A DNA stretch of 64,000 bases from Polyangiaceae bacterium (GTDB lineage: Bacteria > Myxococcota_A > Polyangia > Polyangiales > Polyangiaceae), in the NCBI GenBank assembly GCA_050013115.1, contig JBEKFX010000001.1:4934-68933 (forward strand), written 5' to 3'. Below are positions 48,820 to 58,798 of the stretch, piece by piece. How positions within the stretch are numbered: the stretch's first letter is position 1; the number at the start of each line of letters is the position of its first letter. The notes under the pieces were generated by a model. The model saw only the letters and a program-made list of their open reading frames with translations. It searched no databases and was not told where the DNA came from. The translations under genes and the position numbers were made by a program.

Positions 48820-50454
48820 ATGACGTTCATCGAAGCGGCTGCGGAGGTTCTCCGCCAAGCGGGCAAACCCCTACACTACAAGGAGATTACCGAGCTTGCC
48901 ATCGCCAAGAACCTCCTCTCTCATGTCGGCAAGACTCCGGAGGTGACGATGAGCCATCGGCTCACGTCGGCGATAAAGAAGGAAGACAAGGACATACCGA
49001 TCGTCAAAGTCAAGCCCGGGGTTTTCGCTCTCCGCGAGTGGGAGGGGCGGAAAGGAAAGCGCGGAGCGGTCGAGACCACGACGGAAGCTCCCGCAGAATC
49101 AAGCGAGACGACGGAAGACGACAGCCAGGACGACACGAGACTCGACGTCAACGCGCTCGAAATCGAGGCCGCGCTACGCGGCCCGGCCGAGGAAAGTCGC
49201 AACGGTCGCGGAGACGACGATTTGAGCGCAGTCGACGAAGAATCTGAAACACCCGTCTCGGGGGAAGAAGCGCTGCGCGCGGACCTCGCCGCCCGCGGAG
49301 CCGAGCTTTTTGACGATGAGGACGATGACGACCAGCCCATCTTGGCCCCGCTGGCTCCGCCCGAGGCCGCGCAGCCGGGCGCCGACGGAGGCCGACGACG
49401 AAGGCGACGTCGGCGCCGCGGGCGCGGAGGCAGCCAGGCCGAGATCGGTTCGGCGACGTTCGGCTCGCCCCCCGCCGAGCGCTCATCGCAACCCAAGGTC
49501 GAAGCACCGGGGCCGGGCGCCGCTCCGGCGTTCACCGAAAACGAAGCAACCCCCGACAACCGCGATGCCGGTGCAGCCTCCCGCCCGGTCGTTCGTGACC
49601 GACAGCAGATCATGGCCGGCGGGCAACCGACCGGCATCGACGTTCCGCTCGCCGAAGGCGAAGAGCTCGTGGGACGCGACCTCGCGGACGCAGCCGGGCT
49701 CGTGCTTTCGTCCTTCGACCGGAATGCCGGTCCCGCCCCGCTCCGCGCCATCGCCGAAGCGTTGATGCGCAGGGGCCGATTGCAGGGGGACCCGATCCTT
49801 GCAGCCGCGCAGGTCGGCGCTTCTCTCCGCGCGGACAACTTGAGGCGTGTGGCGAGCGGACAGCGCGTGCGATTCCGCTTTGCGATGGGCGCTCGAATCG
49901 CTCTCACCGACTGGTCGCTCGGCGGTGAACTTCCGCGACTCGAGCAGGAGGTCATCCAGGCGGTCGAACGCTACCGCGAGGCCTCTCGTCGCGCATTACT
50001 TCGTCGCATCCAGGAGCTACCGGGACATTCCCTGATCGAGCTTGCCCTCCTTGCGCTCGAGCGAGCTGGCATGGTCAACTTGCGGAGCATCCGCCGTTCC
50101 GGATCGCCAGGCGGGGAGGCTCACTTCAGCGCCTTGCACAAGACCGGCGGTGACGCGATTCCCACAGCCATCGTGGTGCGCAAGGACGGGCGTGAGATTG
50201 GCCGAGAGCGCGTGACCGATTTGCGCGGCGCGCTCCATCATTACGGACCGTCGATTGCGGGCTGGCTCATCACCACAGGCCAGGTCCTCTCGGGGGCCCG
50301 CGAAGAAGCCGCCGCGGCGGGCGCCGCACCCGTCGCCCTCTACGACGGCATCGCGCTGTGCAAACTGCTCGAAGAGATCGACGTCGGGGTCGTCAAGACA
50401 CGCTTCGCCGTCGCCATTCCGGATCTCGAGCTGCTTGAAGCGCTGCGAGGCTGA
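48820..50454 (+). CDS. HARE-HTH domain protein with acidic linker, poly-Arg tract and C-terminal Mrr_cat-like (restriction-endonuclease fold) domain
   Basis: MTFIEAAAEVLRQAGKPLHYKEITELAIAKNLL..GKTPEVTMSHRLTSAI..VKPGVFALREW is a HARE-HTH. C-terminus LIELALLALERAGMV..GGEAHFSA..AIVVRKDGREIGRERVTDLRGAL..GWLITTG..LYDGIALCKLL resembles Mrr_cat. Confidence 0.7.
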   Translation: MTFIEAAAEVLRQAGKPLHYKEITELAIAKNLLSHVGKTPEVTMSHRLTSAIKKEDKDIPIVKVKPGVFALREWEGRKGKRGAVETTTEAPAESSETTEDDSQDDTRLDVNALEIEAALRGPAEESRNGRGDDDLSAVDEESETPVSGEEALRADLAARGAELFDDEDDDDQPILAPLAPPEAAQPGADGGRRRRRRRRRGRGGSQAEIGSATFGSPPAERSSQPKVEAPGPGAAPAFTENEATPDNRDAGAASRPVVRDRQQIMAGGQPTGIDVPLAEGEELVGRDLADAAGLVLSSFDRNAGPAPLRAIAEALMRRGRLQGDPILAAAQVGASLRADNLRRVASGQRVRFRFAMGARIALTDWSLGGELPRLEQEVIQAVERYREASRRALLRRIQELPGHSLIELALLALERAGMVNLRSIRRSGSPGGEAHFSALHKTGGDAIPTAIVVRKDGREIGRERVTDLRGALHHYGPSIAGWLITTGQVLSGAREEAAAAGAAPVALYDGIALCKLLEEIDVGVVKTRFAVAIPDLELLEALRG

Positions 50455-50457
50455 TCT

Positions 50458-51624
50458 GTGATTGCCTCGGCGGCATCGGTCCTTTGGCTCTTGGGAGCGC
50501 CCGTCGCGGCCATCGGAGCGCCGGACGGCCCTCGAGCCACGCCGATGTCGCCGCAAGCGCTCTCGGCAGGAAATGTCCTTGTCGATCCGAACGCGCGCCC
50601 CAAGGCGCAGGGCCGCCACGATCGACACGTCGAGTCCAAGAGAAGAGCCGAAGCCGATTCGCCAGCGGCCCATTTTGCGGAAGATTCGGTCAAGCTCTCG
50701 CTCCAACCGCGGACCGCGTCGGGGGCATGGACGATTCGAATCGAGAATGAAGGCCCCGTACCGGCACGGGTCGTGGCTGACATTCGGTTGCTATCGCTCG
50801 ACGTGACTCCCAGGGGGGCGCACAGGCCGCTTCATTGCGAGCTCCCGACGGCGATGCGCCCCACGGACGAGCTCGAGCGATCCATGGTGATTCCGCCGAA
50901 GCGGGCCTTCGCCGAAACGTTTTCCCCTCGGCTCTATTGTTTCGGAGCGAGCGGGTTCAGTGCATTGACCGGAGGTTCGACGGTTTCAGCACGCCTCGCT
51001 CTTGTCGGCCCGGCCAGTCCCGCCATCTGGGAGGTAGCTCCGATGGACGGGGATCTCACCCACGTGGCCCGGCGAAAGTGGCTCGAGGCACCCCCCGTCT
51101 TGCTCCCGGACGATCCCACGCCGGTGGCCGCGCGCACGCCACCTGCCCACGATGATGCGAGCGATGCCCCGCAGCTCGTCTTCGAAGTTCCCGAAGCGGT
51201 CGATGCGCCTTCGGCCGAAGAAGTCGAAGTGCCCGTGACTCTCCGCAACAAGGGGTCGAGCCCGGTGACGGTCGCCTTCCGTCCCGAGGTCGTGCGGTTC
51301 GACGTGACGAGTGGACCGATTACGACCCACTGCTCCTGGCCGGTCCAGCCGACGGCGCCTCTGCGCGAGCTTTTTACGTCACTCGCCCCCGGCGCGTCGA
51401 CCGAGCTCACACTGATGCTGGACGCCTACTGCCGCGAGCAGGCCTTCGAGCATGCCGGCCTCTTGATCGTCCGACCGTGGGCCGACATGCAGCACGATTC
51501 GGGCGCGCCGATCGGCCTGCGCTCGTTTGACGGCCGCATCAGCGCCAACCGACCGGTCTTCGTGCGTCTTCAACGCGGAACAGCCATCGTTCCGTGGGTC
51601 AAGCCACGACTCACCGATCCGTGA
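50458..51624 (+). CDS. hypothetical secreted protein with two related Cys-pair modules
   Basis: GTG 3 nt after the preceding stop. Signal-like MIASAASVLWLLGAPVAAIGA. Modules around HCELP..LYCFG and HCSWP..AYCRE. No family recognised. Confidence 0.55.
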   Translation: MIASAASVLWLLGAPVAAIGAPDGPRATPMSPQALSAGNVLVDPNARPKAQGRHDRHVESKRRAEADSPAAHFAEDSVKLSLQPRTASGAWTIRIENEGPVPARVVADIRLLSLDVTPRGAHRPLHCELPTAMRPTDELERSMVIPPKRAFAETFSPRLYCFGASGFSALTGGSTVSARLALVGPASPAIWEVAPMDGDLTHVARRKWLEAPPVLLPDDPTPVAARTPPAHDDASDAPQLVFEVPEAVDAPSAEEVEVPVTLRNKGSSPVTVAFRPEVVRFDVTSGPITTHCSWPVQPTAPLRELFTSLAPGASTELTLMLDAYCREQAFEHAGLLIVRPWADMQHDSGAPIGLRSFDGRISANRPVFVRLQRGTAIVPWVKPRLTDP

Positions 51625-51976
51625 TGGCCGGACGGCGCCCGGCCGCGCCTCGGCGGGCTCCGCGCGGCCCGTGTGGCGAAGGCGACTGGAGAGGTCCTCG
51701 CCTTTGCTAATGCCCAGCGTTTGCTATGCAGGGTTGGCGGTCTCACGGAGGATCCTGCATGCGGCGATGGGCGAGTCGCCGGAGGAAAGCGCCTCGTACG
51801 TGAGCGCCTGCATCGCCTCGCTGAAGCCCTACCCCCAGCTCTACCAAGCGGTGCAGCATCTTCTGTCTCGACATGCGGCCGGCGCATCCGGCTCGTGAAA
51901 ACGGCTGCCTTGCACAAGAGCGGGCGCCGCCTATTCTCTGTGGAGGGCCCGAAAATCTCCTCCACTGTTGGCTGCC

Positions 51977-52513
51977 ATGTCTCCGCACGAATTCACGATT
52001 CCCGTTCACAACCTCGACGCGGCGGGGCGCGAGTTTCGGGTTCCGGTGCGCGTCGCATGGCTCCGCGGGGCACTTGAGGGGACCGATGTGGGACCGGTTG
52101 GCGGGGATGGCACGCTCGATGTGCGCGTGTCGAAGAGCGGCGCGGATGTCGTCGTCCGGGGAAGTCTCGTGGCGGAGCTTCTGGTCGCCTGCTCACGTTG
52201 CCTCGAGCCTGCGCGGGTTGTCGTGAACGAAACGTTGACCGCGCTGGCCGTCGTCCGCGGAGCCGAGCCGGTCTCGCCGGGCGCGGACGACGAAGATGAT
52301 GCCAGCGCTCCGCAAGAGGCCGACATCATTGCGTACGACGGGGAAAATGTCGTACTCGATGGGTTGATTCGGGACGAATTGCTGCTCGGGATTCCCATGA
52401 TCCCCTTGTGCTCAGAGTCTTGCCCAGGTATCAGCCACAATCCTTTTCCAGAAGCAGACGGCGGAGGAGTGGACCCTCGGCTTCGTCCGCTCCTCAAGCT
52501 GAAGAAGACATAG
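51977..52513 (+). CDS. yceD: YceD/DUF177 family (large-subunit rRNA accumulation protein)
   Basis: CSRCLEP..PLCSESCPG Cys motifs and position immediately 5' of rpmF. TTG 51968 is an alternative start. Confidence 0.8.
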   Translation: MSPHEFTIPVHNLDAAGREFRVPVRVAWLRGALEGTDVGPVGGDGTLDVRVSKSGADVVVRGSLVAELLVACSRCLEPARVVVNETLTALAVVRGAEPVSPGADDEDDASAPQEADIIAYDGENVVLDGLIRDELLLGIPMIPLCSESCPGISHNPFPEADGGGVDPRLRPLLKLKKT

Positions 52514-52526
52514 AAGGAGAAATCTC

Positions 52527-52721
52527 GTGGCCGTCCCCAAGCGACGCAAGAGCCGTTCGAAGCGAAATATGCGCCGCGCGCAACACGACAAGGTCACCGC
52601 GCCGAACCTCGTCGCGTGTTCCAACTGCGGCGAGCCGATCGTGCCGCATCGCGCGTGCGCTTCATGCGGGCATTACAAGGGCCGCGCGGTCAAAGCTAGC
52701 ACGGCGTCGAAGGCGGACTGA
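52527..52721 (+). CDS. rpmF: 50S ribosomal protein L32
   Basis: MAVPKRRKSRSKRNMRRA..CSNCGEP..HRACASCGHYKGR. AAGGAG SD 7 nt upstream of the GTG. Confidence 0.95.
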   Translation: MAVPKRRKSRSKRNMRRAQHDKVTAPNLVACSNCGEPIVPHRACASCGHYKGRAVKASTASKAD

Positions 52722-52851
52722 GCGATCACCATCGCGCAGACGAGACCCGGCCGCGATGCTCGACCTCGTGCGCCGCACGCGGGCTTGATCATCCGAGCCT
52801 GCAGCCCACGGCCCGTGACGCACCCCGAGAAATGCGCTAGAGGCGCGCCCC

Positions 52852-53793
52852 ATGAGGATTGGTTGGCTCTTTCCGGGCCAGGGCTCGCAGTCGGTCGGCA
52901 TGTGCAAGAGCCTGCTCGAACCGTCGCCCGCGGCACTTGATGTTTTGCGGACGACTGACGCCGCCCTCGGAGAGCCGCTATCGAACCTGATTCTCGAAGG
53001 TCCAGAGGATGAACTCACGCTCACCGCGAACGCACAGCCGGCGATCGTCGCGATCAGTTGCGCCGTTCTCGCAGCGGTCCGGGAACGTTTGACCGACCTG
53101 CCCCTCCCCGCGGTTGCTGCTGGCCATTCGCTCGGCGAATACTCCGCGCTCGTCGCGGCTGGCGTCATTTCACTGCCCGACGCCCTGCGCGTCGTGCGGG
53201 CCCGGGGGATTGCGATGCAGGACGCTGTGCCTCCGGGTGCAGGCGCCATGAGCGCCATCATGGGCCTCGACGCGGATCGGGTCTCCGCCATTTGCATTGA
53301 GGCGGCGGGTGGTGAGGTGGTTTCGCCGGCCAACTTCAACGCACCCGGACAAATCGTGATCGCAGGGCACGCGGCGGCGGTCCAGCGAGCTTGCGAACTC
53401 GCCGCGGCCCAAAAAGGACGGGTGATCCATCTGAAGGTGAGCGCGCCGTTTCACTGCGCGCTGATGGCGCCGGCGGCCCGGGTGCTGGAGAGGAAACTCG
53501 CTCCGATTGCGATGGCTCGACCCCAATTCCCCATCGTCGCGAACTTCAATGCGCAGCCGAATACGGATGCAACGCGGGTCAAAGAGCTTCTCGTCAGCCA
53601 AGTCGACGGCGCCGTGCGTTGGGAGGAAAGTGTCCGGTGGATGTTCGCGCACGGCGTCACGCATGCGCTCGAAATCGGCCCGGGGAAAGTGCTCGCCGGC
53701 TTGGTTAAGCGCATCTCGAAGGACATCAAGGTCCTCAGCACCGGTGCCATCGAATCCATCGACGAGGTCGGCGCATTCCTCGCCGAGGGCTGA
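52852..53793 (+). CDS. fabD: malonyl-CoA:ACP transacylase
   Basis: FPGQGSQSVGM, GHSLGEYSALVAAG (active-site Ser), NFNAPGQIVIAG, VSAPFHC. Confidence 0.93.
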   Translation: MRIGWLFPGQGSQSVGMCKSLLEPSPAALDVLRTTDAALGEPLSNLILEGPEDELTLTANAQPAIVAISCAVLAAVRERLTDLPLPAVAAGHSLGEYSALVAAGVISLPDALRVVRARGIAMQDAVPPGAGAMSAIMGLDADRVSAICIEAAGGEVVSPANFNAPGQIVIAGHAAAVQRACELAAAQKGRVIHLKVSAPFHCALMAPAARVLERKLAPIAMARPQFPIVANFNAQPNTDATRVKELLVSQVDGAVRWEESVRWMFAHGVTHALEIGPGKVLAGLVKRISKDIKVLSTGAIESIDEVGAFLAEG

Positions 53794-53856
53794 CGCATGG
53801 CGCCACGAGGCGAACCGGACAGACCCGCGCCTGAGGGACGCGGTGTCGAGAGAGAG

Positions 53857-53885
53857 TTGAAGGGCCGGCGCCCGACGTCTATAAG
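53857..53885 (+). promoter_or_regulatory. sigma-70-like promoter candidate upstream of fabG
   Basis: TTGAAG (53857-53862), 17-nt spacer, TATAAG (53880-53885). GAGGAG SD at 53899-53904 lies 5 nt before ATG 53910. Confidence 0.45.
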
Positions 53886-53909
53886 CCGCCTCGCACGCGA
53901 GGAGTCCGC

Positions 53910-54656
53910 ATGTTTCGACTCGACGACAGAATCGCCTTGGTCACCGGCGGATCCCGCGGGATCGGGCGCGCATGTTGCGAAGCACTGGCCGAACAGGGCG
54001 CAACGGTCGTAGTAAACTACGTCAAAGGCGAGGCGACGGCGCGTGAAGTGGCCGCGGCCATCGCGGACCGCGGAGGCAAGGCCGACATTGCAGGGTTCGA
54101 CGTCGCCGACACGAAGGCCGTCGACGCAGGCGTCGACGCGATCGTGAAGCGACACGGCAAGGTCGACATTCTCGTCGCAAACGCTGGCATTTCGATCGAT
54201 GGACTTTTGCTTCGCTTGAAGGAAGAAGATTTCGACAAGCTTTGGGCCACCAACGTGCGCGGGGCCGTCGCCTGCGCACGCGCGGCGAGCCGCAGCATGA
54301 TGCGCAACCGATGGGGACGGATTCTTTTCATGTCGAGCGTCGTCGCGGAATCGGGAAACGTCGGGCAGACCGCGTACGCCGCGACGAAAGCGGCGCTGCT
54401 CGGCGCCGCGAGGTCGATCGCGCGCGAATACGCGTCGCGCAGCGTCACCGTCAACGTCGTCTCGCCCGGCTACATCGTCACGGACATGACGGCCACGATG
54501 AGCGCGGAGTACAAGGAACAGCTCGTCAAGACCGTGCCGCTCGGACGCTGCGGCTCAGCCCGCGACGTCGCGGGTGCCTGCGTCTACCTGGCCAGCGAGG
54601 AAGCCGGTTACGTCACCGGACAGGTGCTTCGCGTAAATGGCGGCATGTACGTTTGA
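53910..54656 (+). CDS. fabG: 3-oxoacyl-ACP reductase
   Basis: [24 protein letters not shown] (Tyr-x3-Lys), [12 protein letters not shown]. Confidence 0.93.
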   Translation: MFRLDDRIALVTGGSRGIGRACCEALAEQGATVVVNYVKGEATAREVAAAIADRGGKADIAGFDVADTKAVDAGVDAIVKRHGKVDILVANAGISIDGLLLRLKEEDFDKLWATNVRGAVACARAASRSMMRNRWGRILFMSSVVAESGNVGQTAYAATKAALLGAARSIAREYASRSVTVNVVSPGYIVTDMTATMSAEYKEQLVKTVPLGRCGSARDVAGACVYLASEEAGYVTGQVLRVNGGMYV

Positions 54657-54666
54657 ACTGCTGAAT

Positions 54667-54699
54667 CGGCAGAGCGCACGGGTCTACGCGCCTCTGCCG
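54667..54699 (+). terminator. strong hairpin between fabG and acpP (attenuator/terminator candidate)
   Basis: cggcagag..17 nt..ctctgccg: 8-bp perfect stem, extendable by cgc/gcg with a bulge, starting 11 nt after the fabG stop. No adjacent U-run. Confidence 0.3.
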
Positions 54700-54741
54700 C
54701 TCGACTCTCCGACCCTTTTCCTATACGAGGCGAATCTACCC

Positions 54742-54984
54742 ATGGCGATCGACATTCCCACCGAGGTCAAGCGGATCATCAAAGAGCAGCTCGATGTCGA
54801 CGAAAAGGACATCAAGCCCGAATCAAGCTTCATCGACGACCTCGGCGCAGACTCGCTCGGCCTCGTCGAGCTCGTCCTTGCGTTCGAGGAGGCGTTCGAG
54901 ATCGACATTCCGGACGAGGACACCGAGAAGATCCGAACCGTCCAAGACGCGATCGACTACATCGAAAAGCACGCTAAAAAGTAG
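54742..54984 (+). CDS. acpP: acyl carrier protein
   Basis: ATG 54742. [31 protein letters not shown] with the phosphopantetheine Ser in DSL. Confidence 0.95.
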   Translation: MAIDIPTEVKRIIKEQLDVDEKDIKPESSFIDDLGADSLGLVELVLAFEEAFEIDIPDEDTEKIRTVQDAIDYIEKHAKK

Positions 54985-55004
54985 CCGGGAGGAGGCTCGG
55001 GCGG

Positions 55005-56270
55005 GTGCCCGGACCAAGACGAGAATCCATGGAACGCGTTGCGATTACGGGCATCGGCCTCATCTCACCCGTCGGAACCGGTACGATTGAAACCTGGCGG
55101 GCGCTCCTCGCCGGCGAGAGCGGGATCTCGCCGATCACACTCTTCGATTGTTCGACCTTTCGGGTCCGCATTGCCGGCGAAGTGAAATCGTGGACGCCGA
55201 CGCGATGGATCGAGAAGAAGAAGATCAAGGAGATGGACCGCTTCATGGAGTTTGCGGTCGCAGCAGCGTCCATGGCCCTCGCCGACTCGAAGCTCGATCT
55301 TTCGGACGAAGAACGCTGGCGAGCGGGCTGTTTCATCGGCAACGGCGTCGGCGGTCTACTGTCCCTCGAAAAGACGAAAGAGACGCTTCTCACGAAGGGG
55401 CCGACCAAAGTGAGCCCCTACGCGATCCCGACCATCATCGGGAACTTGGCGGCTGGCCAGGTGTCGATCGCCAACGGTCTCAAGGGCCCGAGTTATTGTA
55501 CGACAAGCGCGTGCTCAAGCGGAGCCCACGCCATCGGCGAAGCGGCCGAATGGATTCGCCGCGGAAAAGTGGACGTCATGGTCGCTGGCGGCACTGAGGC
55601 GACCATTACCCCGGTCGGCATCGCAGGGTTCGAAGCCATGCTTGCGCTAAGCAAACGAAATGACGATCCGCCGCGAGCGAGCCGTCCGTTCGACAAAGGT
55701 CGCGACGGTTTCGTTTGCGGTGAGGGCTGTGGAATCCTCGTCCTCGAATCCGTTACCCGCGCAAGAAGACGGGGCGCTCGCATCTACGCGGAGGTCACCG
55801 GCTACGGGGCATCGAGTGATGCCTATCACCTGACGCAACCGGCTCCGCAGCACGAGGGGGCTCAGCGCGCGATGCGGATGGCGCTCGAGGACGCGCGAAT
55901 CGCTCCCGACGCAGTCGACTATGTGAATGCGCACGGGACATCGACTCAAATCGGAGATACCGAAGAGTCCCGTGCGCTCGAGGCGGTTTTCGGCGCCAAC
56001 GCGAAGGACCACAAGCTATGGGTCAGCTCGACGAAATCGATGATGGGCCACCTGCTCGGCGCGGCCGGTGCCGTCGAAACAGCGGTTTGCGCCCTTACGA
56101 TCGCCGAGGGCAAGGTTCCGCCCACCATCAACCTCGTCGACCGAGACCCCGAGTGCCGGCTGGATTATGTGCCCAATTCGGCGCGGGAGCGGCGAATCCG
56201 ACACGCCATGAACAACTCGTTCGGCTTCGGCGGCACAAATTGCGCTCTGGTTCTTTCGAGATTCGAATAA
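55005..56270 (+). CDS. fabF: 3-oxoacyl-ACP synthase II
   Basis: [26 protein letters not shown] (active Cys), [39 protein letters not shown] 55005 has GGAGGAGG 9 nt upstream; ATG 55029 is an alternative. Confidence 0.93.
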   Translation: MPGPRRESMERVAITGIGLISPVGTGTIETWRALLAGESGISPITLFDCSTFRVRIAGEVKSWTPTRWIEKKKIKEMDRFMEFAVAAASMALADSKLDLSDEERWRAGCFIGNGVGGLLSLEKTKETLLTKGPTKVSPYAIPTIIGNLAAGQVSIANGLKGPSYCTTSACSSGAHAIGEAAEWIRRGKVDVMVAGGTEATITPVGIAGFEAMLALSKRNDDPPRASRPFDKGRDGFVCGEGCGILVLESVTRARRRGARIYAEVTGYGASSDAYHLTQPAPQHEGAQRAMRMALEDARIAPDAVDYVNAHGTSTQIGDTEESRALEAVFGANAKDHKLWVSSTKSMMGHLLGAAGAVETAVCALTIAEGKVPPTINLVDRDPECRLDYVPNSARERRIRHAMNNSFGFGGTNCALVLSRFE

Positions 56271-56355
56271 GATCGTCGCGAGTCGAGTTCGACATGACCG
56301 CAAACGGGGGCCGGAAGGCTCCGCGGGGCGACGGAACCACCCGCTTGCGCGATTC

Positions 56356-56859
56356 ATGAAATGCCCGTTCTGCGCCCAGCTCGACAGCAAGGTCATCGAT
56401 TCGCGGACCTCGACGACCGGCGACGTCATCCGGCGCCGCCGAGAGTGCGAGCGATGCGGAAGACGATTTACGAGCCGCGAGCGTGTGGAAGACGTTCTTC
56501 CAGTCGTCGTCAAGAAGGACGGCGCGCGTGAGCCGTTCGACCGCGAAAAGGTGTTGCGAGGGGTTCGCATGGCCTGCAACAAGCGGCCTGTCGCGATGCT
56601 TCGCATCGAGCGATTCATCGACGAGCTCGAGCGGCAGCTCATCGATGGCGAAGCGAAAGAGGTGTCGAGCAACGAGATTGGCGAGCGGGTGATGAAGCTG
56701 TTGCGGGAAGTCGACGCGGTGGCTTACGTTCGGTTTGCAAGCGTATACCGGAGCTTTCGCGACATTGATGAGTTCCGGTCGGAGCTCGACAAGATGTCCC
56801 GTGCACGTGAAGAGCGGCTTGAGCAGGACGAAATCATCTCGGGGGACCCCCCCCGATGA
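56356..56859 (+). CDS. nrdR: transcriptional repressor NrdR
   Basis: [34 protein letters not shown] zinc ribbon plus ATP-cone. Confidence 0.93.
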   Translation: MKCPFCAQLDSKVIDSRTSTTGDVIRRRRECERCGRRFTSRERVEDVLPVVVKKDGAREPFDREKVLRGVRMACNKRPVAMLRIERFIDELERQLIDGEAKEVSSNEIGERVMKLLREVDAVAYVRFASVYRSFRDIDEFRSELDKMSRAREERLEQDEIISGDPPR

Positions 56860-57983
56860 CGGACGACACCGTCTCTTCGTTATCGAGCGACGACGAAAGG
56901 TGGATGGGCGTCGCACTCGATCAAGGCGCCGCCGGAACACCGTCTCCGAATCCACACGTCGGTGCCGTCGTCGTCAAGGACGGTGAGGTACTCGGCGTCG
57001 GCCACCACGAACGGGCGGGAGAGGAGCATGCGGAGCTCGTCGCCCTCCGCCGGGCTCGCGGCAGGACCCAGGGGGCGACGCTCTACGTTACCCTCGAGCC
57101 ATGCAATCACGTGGGGCGAACCCCCCCGTGCACCGAAGCCGTCCTCGGCGCCGACCTTGCCCGCGTCGTCGTGGGCTGCAGCGATCCGAACCCGCACGTG
57201 ACGGGCGGCGGCGTCGCCCGGCTTCGGAGTGCCGGACTGCGCGTTGACGTGGGGTGTAGAGAGCCAGAGGCGCGCAGGCTGATTGCGCCTTGGGGAAAGT
57301 TCGTAACCTCGGGAATCCCGTTCGTCGCACTCAAGCTCGGGCTTTCGCTCGACGGACGCATTGCCTCCCGCACGGGCGCGTCCAAATGGGTGACGGGGCC
57401 CGAGGCGCGCGCGCGTGTTCATCTGCTTCGCGCGCAGCAGGACGCCGTCATCGTGGGCATCGGCACCGTTCTCGCGGACGACCCACGACTGACCGTCCGC
57501 GATGCGCCCGGAAACAGTCCCCTGCGCGTCGTCTTCGACACGAAACTGCGGATCCCCGTGACGGCTCAGCTGGTGCAAACGGCGCGCGATGTTCCGACAT
57601 GGGTCGTTTGCACGACGGATGCGGCGTCGTCGGCCGAGGAGCAGCTCGTCGAACGAGGAGTCGAAGTACTTCGGGCACCGCCCTCGGCCGAGGGCCGAAT
57701 CGACCCTCTCGCCGGGCTGCGGTTGCTCGCATCACGCGGTGTCGTGCGGGCGATGATTGAAGGCGGGGCCGAGCTTGCAGGGAGCGTTCTCGCCGGCGCC
57801 GCCGTCGACGAGCTGCATGCTTTCATCGCTCCCATTCTGCTTGGCCCTCGGGGCCGCCCGGGCGCAGTCGATTGGGCGGGGCCGGCGACTCCATCCGAGG
57901 CTCCATGCATCGTGGACCCGCAGTGGGAGGTATGCGGCGTCGACGCGCATGTTTGGGGCGCGCTTAAATACCCGAATCGATAA
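56856..57983 (+). CDS. ribD: bifunctional riboflavin biosynthesis deaminase/reductase
   Basis: [30 protein letters not shown] (deaminase zinc site), then the reductase half. ATGA overlap with nrdR. Confidence 0.9.
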   Translation: MTDDTVSSLSSDDERWMGVALDQGAAGTPSPNPHVGAVVVKDGEVLGVGHHERAGEEHAELVALRRARGRTQGATLYVTLEPCNHVGRTPPCTEAVLGADLARVVVGCSDPNPHVTGGGVARLRSAGLRVDVGCREPEARRLIAPWGKFVTSGIPFVALKLGLSLDGRIASRTGASKWVTGPEARARVHLLRAQQDAVIVGIGTVLADDPRLTVRDAPGNSPLRVVFDTKLRIPVTAQLVQTARDVPTWVVCTTDAASSAEEQLVERGVEVLRAPPSAEGRIDPLAGLRLLASRGVVRAMIEGGAELAGSVLAGAAVDELHAFIAPILLGPRGRPGAVDWAGPATPSEAPCIVDPQWEVCGVDAHVWGALKYPNR

Positions 57984-58144
57984 GCCGTCGGCTCTCTAGA
58001 CCGGCTCTTCCCGACCGAGGCTTCGCTCGGATGAGCTCGAGCAAGCCACCGTCAACAACTCGAAAGCAGCACCGGAGACTCTTCGCAATCATTTTCGACA
58101 CGATCTCGCCATGCGCGCGCGAGCGGATTAGATTGGCGTTCTCG

Positions 58145-58666
58145 ATGGCTTTTCGGACGATTTTGCACTACCCCGATCCCCGCCTCCGAACGCCCGGGAA
58201 AAAGGTTCCGGCCGTGACGGAAGAAATTCGACGGCTCATCGACGACATGGCCGAAACGATGTACGCCGCTCCCGGAGTCGGGCTCGCTGCCACACAAGTG
58301 GGAGAACCATGGCAGCTTTTCATCGTGGATTGTGCGTCCGAGGGCGAGATCAGTGATCTGCGCGTGTTTGTCAATCCGGAGCTGCTCGAGCTTGTCGGGA
58401 CCAAGTCATTCGAAGAGGGTTGCTTGAGTTTTCCAGGTGCACGAGAAGACGTGGAGCGCGCCGAGCGCGTTCGGGTGCGCGCTCAAGACCAGTACGGGCG
58501 GTCGTTCGAGCTCGACGCGGAGGGCCTGCTCGCCATCGCAATTCAGCATGAATACGACCACTTACAGGGAATTCTGATGATCGATCATCTTGGCCCGCTC
58601 AAAAAGCGGCTCCTTCACCGAAAGATGCTGAAGCGAGCCCACTCGGAGGAGTCCGCTTCCGGCTGA
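58145..58666 (+). CDS. def: peptide deformylase
   Basis: ATG 58145. GVGLAATQVG, EGCLSFPG, QHEYDHLQG. Confidence 0.93.
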   Translation: MAFRTILHYPDPRLRTPGKKVPAVTEEIRRLIDDMAETMYAAPGVGLAATQVGEPWQLFIVDCASEGEISDLRVFVNPELLELVGTKSFEEGCLSFPGAREDVERAERVRVRAQDQYGRSFELDAEGLLAIAIQHEYDHLQGILMIDHLGPLKKRLLHRKMLKRAHSEESASG

Positions 58667-58798
58667 GTCGCACAACGTCGCGGCAAAGCGCCTGGAAGAG
58701 GTCGCGTTTGCCCCACCTCCGTGGAACATAGAGTTTCGCAAAGTGTTTCCGCCTAAACCGATCCGTTCCCTTGCCCCGTACTCCCCCCCAATAGCGCA

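Noticed and set aside
58715-58745. Sigma-54-like TGGAAC...TTCGCA upstream of the sigma-factor gene
   Set aside because: The spacing between the GG and GC elements is about 14 nt instead of the required 10-11, and the -12 element is imperfect.
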